From an uncultured Pseudomonadales bacterium (GTDB taxonomy: Bacteria; Patescibacteriota; Microgenomatia; UBA1400; UBA1396): a stretch of DNA of 64,000 nucleotides. Below, piece by piece: positions 49,893 to 60,392 of this stretch; positions within the stretch are counted from its first letter, which is position 1; the number at the start of each line of letters is the position of its first letter. A program made the translations under genes and the position numbers. The stretch lies in contig CAYUUK010000005.1 in the NCBI GenBank assembly GCA_964447905.1, positions 279-64,278 on the forward strand, written 5' to 3'. The notes under the pieces are model-generated. The model saw only the letters and a program-made list of their open reading frames with translations, did not search any database and was not told the origin of the DNA.

Positions 49893-50960
49893 TTACTGGT
49901 AGACTCTGCTGTCTAGTGCGCTGACGTAGGCACGAAAGCCGTTGTCCCCGCTGAAAACGTACACAGGTTGATAGTAATTTTGTGCTTGAGACGGTTCATA
50001 GTAGCCCAAAGCTACTTGTCGAACTATGGCTGTACCACCGTCAGTAGGTGCAGAAACGACGTAGCCATCGCCGGCCTGTAGAGCCTGCCAGGCGAGTTGT
50101 GCTGGCTGCAGCGGATAGGTTTCAAAGTTTGACCAGTCAACCGTGGAGTATTGGGATTCAAGGTTCAAGACTCTCTCTCCTTGCTCCCGACTTCCAGAGT
50201 ACAAGACGCGGATAACCCCTTTGCCAGCTTCGGACGTAACTGTTGGGTAGGCGTTAGGGGCGAGGCGATAGATGTCAACTTGGACAAAGTCAGCCTCAGA
50301 AACACTGCTCACCGGCTGGAGTTCTCCGCCTAAGGCACGAATGTACGTAATTTTCGGTTCAGCCGTGGCAATGTCCGCTGGCAGTAAATTCGCCGAGCGC
50401 AAAAGACTACGAGTTTCCACGGTGAGCTGGGAGGGAGTGGGGATCATTTTTTTATCGAGCAGCGAGACAGATGAGGCCCAGTCAACCGATAAATCCATGT
50501 GGCGCGTTACGATGTCCATTTCGAGTGTGGCGGGAATTGGGGTACCTCGGCGCCAACGATACTCTTCAGCCGATATTTTTTCTGGAGCAAACACAAATCC
50601 GAGTGAGGCAGCTGTTTCTTTTGCACTATCGAGCGCGAGCAAACTCGGCTGAGCAGACGGCATAAAGTAAACGGGAATCTGCGACCCAAAACTTGGCAGG
50701 CGCTGACCAACCGTTTGGAGCTCATAGGACTCCGGTCGCTCATCAGCAAGTTGATTGGGAAATGCTGGGCGAGGAAGGTAGCCAAAGCCCATGGTTGGAC
50801 CTGGTGTAGGAGGTGGGTTCAAAGCACTCAAGATGTTTACTGAAGTAGACAGCACCGAACGGCCAACAATCAGAACTACCAAAGCGATAACACCATAGAT
50901 AACCGCCAATCGACCGTACTTCGCGAAATTTGTGAGTGAGTAATCTGAGCTTTGAGCCAT
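49893..50960 (-). CDS. Hypothetical protein, single N-terminal TM
   Basis: 355 aa; proline-rich segment after the TM; C-terminal YYQPVYVF. Confidence 0.7.
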   Translation of the reverse strand: MAQSSDYSLTNFAKYGRLAVIYGVIALVVLIVGRSVLSTSVNILSALNPPPTPGPTMGFGYLPRPAFPNQLADERPESYELQTVGQRLPSFGSQIPVYFMPSAQPSLLALDSAKETAASLGFVFAPEKISAEEYRWRRGTPIPATLEMDIVTRHMDLSVDWASSVSLLDKKMIPTPSQLTVETRSLLRSANLLPADIATAEPKITYIRALGGELQPVSSVSEADFVQVDIYRLAPNAYPTVTSEAGKGVIRVLYSGSREQGERVLNLESQYSTVDWSNFETYPLQPAQLAWQALQAGDGYVVSAPTDGGTAIVRQVALGYYEPSQAQNYYQPVYVFSGDNGFRAYVSALDSRVYQ

Positions 50961-50972
50961 ATTCCTATGATA

Positions 50973-51968
50973 CTAAATATTTTCTTGTTTCTGAAGCTGA
51001 AGAGTTGTGAGCATCCAGTTGGTGAGAGTCTGCGCTTCTTCAAATCGGTCATTGCTACCCAGAATCACGAGAATGATGTCGTGAGCCGGTTCGGTAATGA
51101 AGGTACTCGAGTCAGTCGCCGTTGCCTGGTTTGTTGTAAATGGTTCAGTAACTATACGAACTACCAGACTTTCACCAGCGAGTGCAGTTGTGCCTGTTTT
51201 CATCCCACGGTAGCGAGGATCTGTGTAGAGGAGTGCGTTAGTGGTGTAGATAGTGTCTATTCTGCCAGTACGGAGTTCTCGTACTTGCGCTACCGGTTTT
51301 GAGACGATCTCCGCGAGTACCGGAATTCTTAAAAAAGCATTCGCTAGTTGACCGATGTCTTCTGCCGTAGAGTACTGCTGTTCAGCATCTAGCCCGGATG
51401 GGTTTGAGAAATGAGTAGAAGCGAGTCCAAGTTCTTGAGCCCGCAAGTTCATTTGTTCAACAAAGCCAGGCATACCCTCTTGGTGGTGTCGGCTTAAAGC
51501 TTCAGCGGCGTCGTTTGCTGAAAAAATGAGCATGGCGTGCAGGAGGTCATAAACAGAAAATGTATCATTGGCAAAGAACTGTGCCCGGTTCCCAATTGCC
51601 GCAGCAGAGGTCCCAATAGGAACTGAAGTGTCGAGGGCATACTCATCATAGCTCACGAGAGCTGTCATGAGTTTTGCTAGAGAAGCTACCGAAGTAGCAG
51701 TTTGGGCATTTTCTTCAAAAAGGAGTTGATCCGTAGTGCGATCATAGGCCCAGACAGAGTTTGCGGTGAAGGCGGGTGGAGTGGCTAGCGTATCGAGTGT
51801 GGGTTGAGGTGCTGGAAGAACTGCTATTTGTTCTATCGGTAATGGTATTTGAGCGACCTGCGCATCTTGGTAGTACTCCCAGAAAGCGCCAATCACTCCA
51901 ATTCCAACAACGACGAACCATAAAACAAAAAGCCACATATACTCTTTGAGCCGTTGCATATACTCCAT
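50973..51968 (-). CDS. D-alanyl-D-alanine carboxypeptidase (peptidase S11)
   Basis: SLAK, SAN, NPSGLD, KTGTT. Confidence 0.9.
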   Translation of the reverse strand: MEYMQRLKEYMWLFVLWFVVVGIGVIGAFWEYYQDAQVAQIPLPIEQIAVLPAPQPTLDTLATPPAFTANSVWAYDRTTDQLLFEENAQTATSVASLAKLMTALVSYDEYALDTSVPIGTSAAAIGNRAQFFANDTFSVYDLLHAMLIFSANDAAEALSRHHQEGMPGFVEQMNLRAQELGLASTHFSNPSGLDAEQQYSTAEDIGQLANAFLRIPVLAEIVSKPVAQVRELRTGRIDTIYTTNALLYTDPRYRGMKTGTTALAGESLVVRIVTEPFTTNQATATDSSTFITEPAHDIILVILGSNDRFEEAQTLTNWMLTTLQLQKQENI

Positions 51969-52038
51969 AACTGAAACATTGTGACAGTTTCTTACAAGTG
52001 AGTGCAAGCCCCAGGTAATGCCGTGCTGAGCGGAAAAC

Positions 52039-52220
52039 TTGCACTATTACACTTGAGGAGTACAATAGTGTGGAAATGAGTTTACAGCATTGCTACACTC
52101 CAGCGTTTACTATTTCACTTCGCCAAGGCAAGTGGAATTCGCGGGGTGCGCTTACATTTTTCTAAAAAAGAAAGACAAAAACAGAAAGCACACCCCGGCC
52201 AAACACCGGGGATTTTTTTT
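52039..52220 (+). promoter_or_regulatory. Promoter plus putative attenuator leader (29-aa leader ORF 52076-52165)
   Basis: TTGCAC-16 nt-TACAAT; short ORF; mutually exclusive helices (see findings). Confidence 0.55.
52193..52220 (+). terminator. Intrinsic terminator within the leader
   Basis: CCCCGG-ccaaaca-CCGGGG-ATTTTTTTT. Confidence 0.75.
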
Positions 52221-52235
52221 GAGAAGAAAGGAAAC

Positions 52236-52403
52236 ATGAAAAGTAGGGAGTCACTGACTAGAGAGCCAGAGAGGGCTCGCTTGATAAGCCATGACGAAAA
52301 CGCAGACTTTGAAAATATGCAGCAATTCGTCCTGAAGTATCGTGGCGAGAGTGTGCTGGTGCCAGATGTGGCAAAGCGGCTCTTTTATCCTGCTTTTGAA
52401 TAA
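52236..52403 (+). CDS. Hypothetical 55-aa protein
   Basis: AAAGGA SD before ATG, just after the terminator. Confidence 0.5.
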   Translation: MKSRESLTREPERARLISHDENADFENMQQFVLKYRGESVLVPDVAKRLFYPAFE

Positions 52404-52419
52404 AATACGAGGAGAACCT

Positions 52420-52797
52420 ATGACTACAGAAAATGAACCAAGAACAAGAGTCGTTACTAAAAGCGAAGTACAGCATTTCATGTTTACTAGCAATGAAGAG
52501 ATCGCTATTGGTGCTCTCGTGCTAGGTAAAATAAATCAGCTCTATAGCAGTGACAGACGTGGTATTCGTATTTCTGGAACCTTTCCAATAAGTTCGATTT
52601 TCTTCCAGTTTGAGAATATAGATTTTGACCTTTACGATATAAGAGATTTACAACTTATTCTCGATATAAATACTCGTTTATTGGGAAGTTTAGCCAGATA
52701 TTGTAGTGCGGTGAATTTAGATCCTACTATCGCTATAAAAATTCAAGCAAAAATAGCTGAGTTGCAAAAAAAGGACCAGGGCGGATCAGTTCGGTAG
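52420..52797 (+). CDS. Hypothetical 125-aa protein
   Basis: GAGGAG SD before MTTENEPR; AT-rich. Confidence 0.6.
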   Translation: MTTENEPRTRVVTKSEVQHFMFTSNEEIAIGALVLGKINQLYSSDRRGIRISGTFPISSIFFQFENIDFDLYDIRDLQLILDINTRLLGSLARYCSAVNLDPTIAIKIQAKIAELQKKDQGGSVR

Positions 52798-54414
52798 TAC
52801 TGCTCGAATAATCAGCTCGAACTCTTTCCCTCGATAGTTGCTCGGGGCTATTTCGAGTACTACTGCGTGATAGTCTGATAAATTGCTACTCATCTTTTCT
52901 GCCGCTTTAAAATAGATTCCACTGGTGGCAAAACCGGTACTCGCGTTGCCAAATGTGAGGACCCAGTGACTGCCGTCTTTTCCTACTGGTTTGTAGTCAC
53001 GGAGATCAATATCCTCAATAAGGAACAGTGGGTTCTCGTTGGCTGCTCCAAATGGGGCGAATTTCTGTATAGTTTGGAGAGACTCAGCGGTGAGCAGTGA
53101 CCAATCGAGAGATCCAATTACATCGATTCTCGGTGTCAGCATTTCTTTTGGAAGCGCTGTGCGGGCACTTTCTCGAATAAAAGTGGTACTGGTTTCTAAA
53201 GATTCCGTAGGAATAGAAAAACCAGCTGCCATAGCGTGACCACCGAGAGCCAAGAATGGAATAGTTTTTTCGAGGCTGCGTAAAAACTCGATGGAGTTCC
53301 ACCCGCGAATCGAGCGTACCGATGCTTTGGCCACTGAATCGTTCACACTCAGAACAATCGCTGGCTTGTAAAATGTTTCAACCAGTTTACTTGCCAGTAG
53401 TCCGATAATTCCTTCATGGAACTCACCAGCTACAACGAGTATGTGTTCTTTTTCATGCGTTCTTTTGACTTCTTCAATGACATCTTCATAGAGTTCTTTA
53501 GTCAGCACCTGTCGCGAAGAATTGGTTTTTTGGAGAGCGTGCATCAACTGCTGAGTTCGATCAGGGTTTTTAGATACAAGAGCTCGTAAAGCGTCCATGG
53601 CATCACCTAACCTTCCCATGGCATTAATTCGGGGAGCAAGCGTAAAGTGAACCGTTTCAGGACTAGCGTCTGCAAGATGAATATTGGCCATTTTGGCTAG
53701 GGTTTGTAGGCTTTGGCGCGGTGTGGTGCGCAGAGCTTTCAGCCCATACACGGCAAAACTCCTGTTGGCCCCATGTAATGGCACCTGGTCGGCGAGAGTA
53801 CCGAGTACGACATAGTCAAGTTTCGTGGCCGCAATTGCTTCATTCAGGGAGTGCACCAACATCCATGCCACCGACACACCGGCCAATTGTGTTGAGTGCA
53901 GCACAATATCGGCTGCAGGTATGGTGCCATCAGAGGTGTGGTGGTCTGTAAGCAGAGTATCAACGCCTTTTTGCTTGAGCCAAGAAAATGCGTCGTGAGC
54001 CACGATTCCGTTGTCCACGGTAACCACGAGATCAGGTTGATACTCACTCCAAATTTCCTCTAGTGCGTGGACCGATAAACCGTATCCATGTTTTTCTCGG
54101 TGCGGTAAAAAGGGCCGCGCTGTGAGACCAAGTTCATGCAGAGTTTCCCAAAGTACTGCCGTTGCGGTTACTCCATCACAGTCGTAGTCACCAAATATGA
54201 GTACCTTTTCTTGATTTTTAATAGCGACCAAAAGACGATCTCGGGCTGCATCCAAAGCAGCAGGATCAAGCCCGTGCAGTTCGGAGGAAAGAGAGTCCGG
54301 TGAGGGCACCGTAAAAAAAGTTTCTCGATGGTTTTCTGGTATACGCGAAAGGAGGGCGTTGTAGAGCATTTCTTGCGAATCTATTGGCTGGGTCACCTGT
54401 TTATGAATATGCAT
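52786..54414 (-). CDS. recJ: ssDNA exonuclease RecJ
   Basis: GDYDCDG, TVDNG, TDHH, PRINAMGR, GGHAMAAG; start uncertain. Confidence 0.92.
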   Translation of the reverse strand: MHIHKQVTQPIDSQEMLYNALLSRIPENHRETFFTVPSPDSLSSELHGLDPAALDAARDRLLVAIKNQEKVLIFGDYDCDGVTATAVLWETLHELGLTARPFLPHREKHGYGLSVHALEEIWSEYQPDLVVTVDNGIVAHDAFSWLKQKGVDTLLTDHHTSDGTIPAADIVLHSTQLAGVSVAWMLVHSLNEAIAATKLDYVVLGTLADQVPLHGANRSFAVYGLKALRTTPRQSLQTLAKMANIHLADASPETVHFTLAPRINAMGRLGDAMDALRALVSKNPDRTQQLMHALQKTNSSRQVLTKELYEDVIEEVKRTHEKEHILVVAGEFHEGIIGLLASKLVETFYKPAIVLSVNDSVAKASVRSIRGWNSIEFLRSLEKTIPFLALGGHAMAAGFSIPTESLETSTTFIRESARTALPKEMLTPRIDVIGSLDWSLLTAESLQTIQKFAPFGAANENPLFLIEDIDLRDYKPVGKDGSHWVLTFGNASTGFATSGIYFKAAEKMSSNLSDYHAVVLEIAPSNYRGKEFELIIRAVLPN

Positions 54415-54485
54415 GGTATCGACAGCGTACTCTGAACTGGTTTCTGACTCAAGTTTTTGTTCATTTCGTGGTAGTATGTCAAAGT

Positions 54486-55940
54486 ATGAAAATTCAGGTG
54501 CCCAAAGAAGTTTTGGCTCTGGTTATTACTCTGGAAGAAGCCGGGTACGAAGCCCATATTGTGGGTGGAGCTGTGCGTGACTCATTGCTTGGCCGTCCAA
54601 CCCATGACTGGGACTTCACCACCAATGCTCGACCGGAGCAAATTCAAGAGTTATTTGCCGAAAGTTTTTATGAAAATAATTTTGGCACCGTTGGTATAGC
54701 TCGCGAACACATTTGGAATCAACTTATAGAGCAAGAGATTACATTTACCAAACCAGATAACTGGGTTTTTGAAGTTACTACGTATCGAGTTGAAGGCCAG
54801 TATTGGGATAGCCGTCGGCCAGCTGAAGTTCAGTGGGGTAAAACAGTGGAAGATGATCTGCAGCGGCGCGATTTTACTATGAACGCCATAGCTTTACGGG
54901 TGCCTCACTGGAAGGAATACTCCTCACTTCTTGCTGACTTCGCTGCAGCTCCAGAAACACTCGAGATTGAAGTGGCGATTGTCGACCCGTACAAGGGTGT
55001 AGAAGCAATTCAGCAGCGTCGTATCGTTGCAGTCGGTGATCCCGATGTCCGCTTTACCGAAGACGCTTTGCGTATGCTGCGTGCAGTCCGATTTGCTGCC
55101 GAACTCGAGTTCATGATCGACCAAACAACGCTTATTGCCCTCCAGAAACACGCCGAGAAAATACAAAATATTTCTTGGGAGCGTATTCGCGATGAGTTTT
55201 TGCGAATACTCGTGACAAATAATATTGAAGATGCGCTGACTATTCTCTATACAACTGGTTTACTCCATTTCATTATTCCAGAATTAACCGATACTCGAGG
55301 AATCGAGCAACGAGGCCACCATGAGCACGATGTGTGGCTCCACTCGCTGAAAGCCTGTCAACTGTGTCCATCTGATGATCCAATCGTGAAACTCGCGGCT
55401 CTTTTGCATGATATTGCCAAACCAGAAACCCAAAAACCACTTCCTCACTCTGATGGAGAGTACTCTTTCTACAATCATGAGGTGATTGGTGCCCGTACAG
55501 CTCGAGATATAGCGAGAAGACTTCGGTTGTCAAAACGTGATGTCCAAAGAGTCTTTGTGCTGGTTCGCTGGCATATGTTTCACTATCAGCCCGATATGAC
55601 CGATAGTGCTATTCGCCGGTTTATTCGCCGCATTGGTGTCGAGAATATTGACGATATCATGGCTCTGCGCGAGGGTGATCGCCTTGGGAGTGGCAGTAAG
55701 CGCACCAGTTGGCGGCTGGAAGAAATGAAGGAGCGCATTCACGCTGAACTCAATCAACCCATGCAGATTAAAGATATGGTTGTTGATGGTGAAGATGTTA
55801 TGAGTATACTAGAGATTCCACCTGGTCCGGAGATTGGCAAGGTACTACGCGAACTGTTTGAGGAAGTATTCGAGAATCCGAGCCTCAATGAGCGTGAAAC
55901 ACTCATCAGTCGCCTGGAAGAAATGAAAAAGAGAGAATAA
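54486..55940 (+). CDS. cca: CCA tRNA nucleotidyltransferase with HD domain
   Basis: VGGAVRD, DWDFTT, RRDFTMNA, EDALRMLRAVRF, LLHDIAK. Confidence 0.88.
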   Translation: MKIQVPKEVLALVITLEEAGYEAHIVGGAVRDSLLGRPTHDWDFTTNARPEQIQELFAESFYENNFGTVGIAREHIWNQLIEQEITFTKPDNWVFEVTTYRVEGQYWDSRRPAEVQWGKTVEDDLQRRDFTMNAIALRVPHWKEYSSLLADFAAAPETLEIEVAIVDPYKGVEAIQQRRIVAVGDPDVRFTEDALRMLRAVRFAAELEFMIDQTTLIALQKHAEKIQNISWERIRDEFLRILVTNNIEDALTILYTTGLLHFIIPELTDTRGIEQRGHHEHDVWLHSLKACQLCPSDDPIVKLAALLHDIAKPETQKPLPHSDGEYSFYNHEVIGARTARDIARRLRLSKRDVQRVFVLVRWHMFHYQPDMTDSAIRRFIRRIGVENIDDIMALREGDRLGSGSKRTSWRLEEMKERIHAELNQPMQIKDMVVDGEDVMSILEIPPGPEIGKVLRELFEEVFENPSLNERETLISRLEEMKKRE

Positions 55941-55948
55941 TTACTCCT

Positions 55949-58663
55949 ATGTTGAATTTTTTGCAATCCATGTTTGATGTTCAGTCTCGTACGCTCAAGC
56001 GCTATGAAAAAATCATTGAGGTAATCAATGCTTTAGAAACCGACTGGAAAAAACTCTCAGATTCAGAACTGAAGGAGAAAACAGCTGAGTTTCGCTCTCG
56101 CCTAGAGGCAGGCGAAACGCTCGAACAACTTCTCCCAGAAGCATTTGCCACTGTGCGTGAGGCTTCTCGCCGGGTGCTTGGTATGCGACACTACGATGTG
56201 CAGCTTATGGCTGGTATTGCCTTCCATGAGGGCAAAGTAGCGGAGCAACGAACAGGTGAAGGAAAAACGCTTTCTGCCACAACCGCCCTCTATCTCAATG
56301 CACTCGAGGGAAAAGGCGCTCACCTGGTGACTGTGAACGATTATCTGGCTCAAGTTGGTGCTGGCTGGATGGGGCAACTCTATGAATCTTTGGATATGTC
56401 TGTGGCAGTGATCGGCCACGATGTGTCGTATCGGTACGATTCAGGTTTCACCGGTAAAGAGCGCGGGGATGAGCGCCTTGAGCATTTTCGCCACATTACA
56501 CGTCGCCAGGCGTATGAAGCCGATATCACCTATGGTACGAATAATGAGTTTGGCTTTGACTATCTGCGCGACAACATGGCTCAGAAACGAGCCGACCAAG
56601 TTCAGGTACACCATCATTTTGCCATCGTTGACGAAGCTGACTCTATTTTGATTGACGAGGCGCGCACACCACTGATCATTTCTGCGCCAGACGCAGAGCC
56701 AACCGAAAAATACAACCAATTTGCTCAACTGGTCAAAAAACTGACCGTAAAAGCTGACTACCAAGTTGACGAAAAAATGAAGATCGCGGCCTTAACTGAC
56801 TTAGGTGTGAAGCGCCTGGAGCGACTGCTCGATGTAAAAAACCTGTACGAAGAAGATTTTTCAGTAATTCATCATGTTGAACAGGCGTTGAAAGCGCAGT
56901 CTGTTTTTGAACGCGACGTTGACTATGTCGTTCGTGATAACCAAGTTATTATTGTCGACGAGCACACCGGCCGCCTCATGGAAGGTCGCCGCTACTCCGA
57001 TGGACTGCACCAAGCTATCGAAGCCAAAGAAGGTGTAAAGGTGCAGCAGGAGTCTCGCACGCTCGCTACGATTTCATTGCAGAACTACTTCCGTTTGTAC
57101 AATAAACTCGCTGGCATGTCGGGTACAGCGGTTACTGAAGCCGAAGAGTTTCAGCAAATTTATGACATGGATGTGCTCGCTATTCCAACGAATAAACCAG
57201 TAATTCGCCGTGACCACTCTGATGTCATTTACCAAACGCAACGAGCCAAGTTTAGTGCCATCTTGCGAGAAATCGAAGAAGTACACGCCACTGGAAGACC
57301 AATTTTAATCGGTACACGCTCGATTGAACAAAATCAGGTCGTGGCGAATCTTTTACGACGTAAGAAAATACAGCATGAGCTGTTGAACGCCAAAAATCAC
57401 GAGCGAGAGGCCTTCATTATTGCTGGTGCCGGTAAACCGGGAGCAATTACAGTAGCTACGAACATTGCCGGTCGTGGTGTCGACATTGTCTTGGGTGGGG
57501 CAAAGCCTGAGCGGCGTGATTTTGAAACGCAAGTTGCATTTGATACTGCATTACGTGACTGGCAAAAAGAACACGATACCGTTATTGAGTTGGGTGGACT
57601 CCACATTGTTGGTACCGCCCGCCATGAAGCGCGCCGTATTGATAATCAGTTGCGTGGCCGGGCTGGTCGACAAGGTGACCCTGGTTCCTCTCGTTTCTTT
57701 GTTTCGCTGGAAGACGAGATCATGCGAATTTTTGGTGGCGAACAAATTCAAAATATTCTTGGAGCGATGAAGATCGAAGAGAATATGCCTATTGAAAATC
57801 CTTTAATCACACGCGCAATTACTCAAGCGCAAGTGCGTGTTGAAGGCTTCTTCTTTGATCAGCGTAAAAATTTAGTGAAGTACGACGATGTTATGAATCG
57901 GCAACGAGAGGTCATATACTCACGTCGCGATGCCATTCTAGAAAGCATGCAAGCAGCGCAAGAGGAAGAGGAAACGAACTCTCAGCTCAAAGAACGCTTA
58001 TACCAAACATTCCAGGACCATTTCTCTACCTTTGTGGCTGCGCGCGAGTCAGACGGTTGGGAAGAAGTGGAACTGCAAAACCTGGTAACAGAGTTGGCGA
58101 GCGTTGTTCCTTTTGACACCAATTCACTGGAGCGCATAAAACAGCAACTCACCAGTAAAGACTCAAGCGAAGATATTCTCGAGTTTCTCACGAAGCTCTG
58201 GTCTGACACCTACCAACTCCGCGAAGACACTTTAGGTGCCAAAGCAATGCGTGATGTGGAACTCTATGTGTTTTTGAGCACTCTCGACGAACAGTGGATG
58301 AACCACCTCGATGACATGACAAATCTTCGCGATAGCATTTGGCTGCGTGGCGGAAAAGAACAGGCCCTGGCTGAGTATAAAAAGGAAGCGTTCCAGTTGT
58401 TTGACTCCATGATCCAGCGAATTGAGCTTGAAGCATTACGACGTATTCTTCGAATCCAAGTGCGTCCGGTAGAGAATACAGTTCCCCAAAAAGTTCAAGA
58501 AGTTGGGCCAGAAAAGGTGAGTACAGAAAACCAAGATTTAGCCACCGCTCTGCAAAATGCTGCCAGTGGCACCACTGCTCCTCAAGCAAAAGCCTCAGAT
58601 CAGACTAGCAAGAAAAAAAGCAAGAAATCGGGTAAGAAGAGGAAAAAGGGATCGTACCTCTAA
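55949..58663 (+). CDS. secA: Preprotein translocase SecA
   Basis: TGEGKT, VTVNDYLA, DEADSILIDEARTPLIIS, QLRGRAGRQGDPG. Confidence 0.97.
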   Translation: MLNFLQSMFDVQSRTLKRYEKIIEVINALETDWKKLSDSELKEKTAEFRSRLEAGETLEQLLPEAFATVREASRRVLGMRHYDVQLMAGIAFHEGKVAEQRTGEGKTLSATTALYLNALEGKGAHLVTVNDYLAQVGAGWMGQLYESLDMSVAVIGHDVSYRYDSGFTGKERGDERLEHFRHITRRQAYEADITYGTNNEFGFDYLRDNMAQKRADQVQVHHHFAIVDEADSILIDEARTPLIISAPDAEPTEKYNQFAQLVKKLTVKADYQVDEKMKIAALTDLGVKRLERLLDVKNLYEEDFSVIHHVEQALKAQSVFERDVDYVVRDNQVIIVDEHTGRLMEGRRYSDGLHQAIEAKEGVKVQQESRTLATISLQNYFRLYNKLAGMSGTAVTEAEEFQQIYDMDVLAIPTNKPVIRRDHSDVIYQTQRAKFSAILREIEEVHATGRPILIGTRSIEQNQVVANLLRRKKIQHELLNAKNHEREAFIIAGAGKPGAITVATNIAGRGVDIVLGGAKPERRDFETQVAFDTALRDWQKEHDTVIELGGLHIVGTARHEARRIDNQLRGRAGRQGDPGSSRFFVSLEDEIMRIFGGEQIQNILGAMKIEENMPIENPLITRAITQAQVRVEGFFFDQRKNLVKYDDVMNRQREVIYSRRDAILESMQAAQEEEETNSQLKERLYQTFQDHFSTFVAARESDGWEEVELQNLVTELASVVPFDTNSLERIKQQLTSKDSSEDILEFLTKLWSDTYQLREDTLGAKAMRDVELYVFLSTLDEQWMNHLDDMTNLRDSIWLRGGKEQALAEYKKEAFQLFDSMIQRIELEALRRILRIQVRPVENTVPQKVQEVGPEKVSTENQDLATALQNAASGTTAPQAKASDQTSKKKSKKSGKKRKKGSYL

Positions 58664-59857
58664 TTACTGTGCGGAGAGTTTTTCGGGAGCTCCAAAAATA
58701 ATGAGTTCTTCTTCCGCACGAGTTACCGCTGTGTACAGCCAACGCGACCACTCCTCGTCACTCATGTGTTGGGATCGTTCCTCTATGACCACTACTTTCC
58801 TTGCTTGGCTACCTTGGGCTTTGTGGACAGTGAGCGCATAGCCGTAATCAAAAAGTTCACCGACTATCGCTCGTTCTTTTGGACCGAGTGGAAGGGTGTT
58901 TTCCGCTCCAAACTGTTCTTGGACCGATAGTCCAGAATAGAGAATTTTCCCAGCAGTATCAGTTACTGTGAGATCGTATGAACTATACAGATTAGAGTCT
59001 GTGCTTGCCACTTTTATATGCGAAAGTACTCCCATCATGCCGTTATAGATGCCTTTTTGCCAACTATTCCTCAGACAAATAACTTGATCACCTGCTTCTG
59101 GTGTTTCTAGGTTGAGCGACAGCGTGCGACGAATAGAGTGATTAATGCCAATGCGGCTTTTGTTGAAGCCAGTTAAAAACAAAGTATCTGTTTTGTAGGA
59201 TTGATAGAGTTCTTCTATGAGTAACTGAGCGTCACTGCTGGTCATATCATATTTTTGAACACCCGCTCCAAAGTGATCTACGGGAATGTGTCCCTCTGTG
59301 CGAGCGAGTGTAGCCACATGAATGATCGGACTTTCTTCCGCTTGCCGATGAATAGTGGTGAGCTGGAGCTCTGGAGACTTCATTAAGGCAAAAGAGTCTC
59401 CAATTGGTGGCAGTTGGCCATGATCACCAACCGCTAATACTGGAATGCCAAATCCGGTTACGTCCTGCCACATCTCTCGCGTGAGCATTGAAGCTTCATC
59501 CACAATAATCAAGTCATAGGGAATGGTATTTTTTCTGTTCCACCCAAGTATGCTATCGGCTGGTCCGCTCAGCGGCTCATAGAGAAGGGAGTGGAGCGTA
59601 CTTATACTGTCTTTAGAGAGGTCGAGTTTTGTTCTGTGCAGTTTCTCGGCCAAGACTTGAGACGCTTTGCCAGTATATGCAGCGAATGCCACTCGCCAGT
59701 TGGGGCGTTGCTTTTTGAGAAGGAGACGCAGTGCCGCTATCACCGTTGTTTTTCCAGTGCCAGCGTACCCTCCTAGGGTAAGGGTTTGCTTTGTACCAGA
59801 AGATAACCAGGCAGCGACATCTCGTAAGACATCTTTTTGTTCTCTCGACAGAGGCAT
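58664..59857 (-). CDS. SF1B RecD/Dda-like ATP-dependent helicase
   Basis: GYAGTGKT, VDEASM, GDHGQLPP, YALTVHKAQGS, YTAVTRA. Confidence 0.88.
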   Translation of the reverse strand: MPLSREQKDVLRDVAAWLSSGTKQTLTLGGYAGTGKTTVIAALRLLLKKQRPNWRVAFAAYTGKASQVLAEKLHRTKLDLSKDSISTLHSLLYEPLSGPADSILGWNRKNTIPYDLIIVDEASMLTREMWQDVTGFGIPVLAVGDHGQLPPIGDSFALMKSPELQLTTIHRQAEESPIIHVATLARTEGHIPVDHFGAGVQKYDMTSSDAQLLIEELYQSYKTDTLFLTGFNKSRIGINHSIRRTLSLNLETPEAGDQVICLRNSWQKGIYNGMMGVLSHIKVASTDSNLYSSYDLTVTDTAGKILYSGLSVQEQFGAENTLPLGPKERAIVGELFDYGYALTVHKAQGSQARKVVVIEERSQHMSDEEWSRWLYTAVTRAEEELIIFGAPEKLSAQ

Positions 59858-59906
59858 ATGGTCAGTATAGGGTAAAAAATAAACAAAACGTGTACAATTG
59901 AAGAGT

Positions 59907-60377
59907 ATGTCAATACTTCTCAACCTTATTCTTATCATCTTAGCGATACTTGGAGTGGCCGATTCTGGCTATATTACCTACGAAAAGTGGGCCAATGTTC
60001 CTTCCATTTGTCAGAACATCCCAGGATTTGATTGTGGTGCTGTTCTCAATAGTCCTTGGGCATATATTGGTCCAATACCACTGTCAGTATTGGGATTCTT
60101 GTTTTACTCATTTATATTGAGTGTGGCGGTGTATCACCTTATTACCGTTCGTCCAAATCCGTTAGTGAAACACTTACTTCTTTTGAGCACGAGCTTTGGC
60201 TTCCTGTTCTCACTCTTTTTGGTCTATTTGCAGGCTGTGGTGATAGGTGCTTTTTGTTTGTTCTGTATGATTTCTGCCGGAACTTCAACGCTCATTTTCC
60301 TCACCTCCATTGGTTTTTGGTGGGAGCGAAAGAAAATTGATGCTGCCAATGATGATCACACAGAAGAATCGATATAA
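59907..60377 (+). CDS. Vitamin K epoxide reductase (VKOR) family protein
   Basis: Loop C-x7-C, VLNSPW, FCLFC, four TMs. Confidence 0.88.
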   Translation: MSILLNLILIILAILGVADSGYITYEKWANVPSICQNIPGFDCGAVLNSPWAYIGPIPLSVLGFLFYSFILSVAVYHLITVRPNPLVKHLLLLSTSFGFLFSLFLVYLQAVVIGAFCLFCMISAGTSTLIFLTSIGFWWERKKIDAANDDHTEESI

Positions 60378-60392
60378 CAGGAAGAAGGATCT

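Noticed and set aside
52001-52045. Inverted repeat AGTGCAAG...CTTGCACT (CIRCE-like operator or ncRNA?)
   Set aside because: Does not match the CIRCE sequence or 9-nt spacing; explained by back-to-back TTGCAC -35 boxes of divergent promoters.
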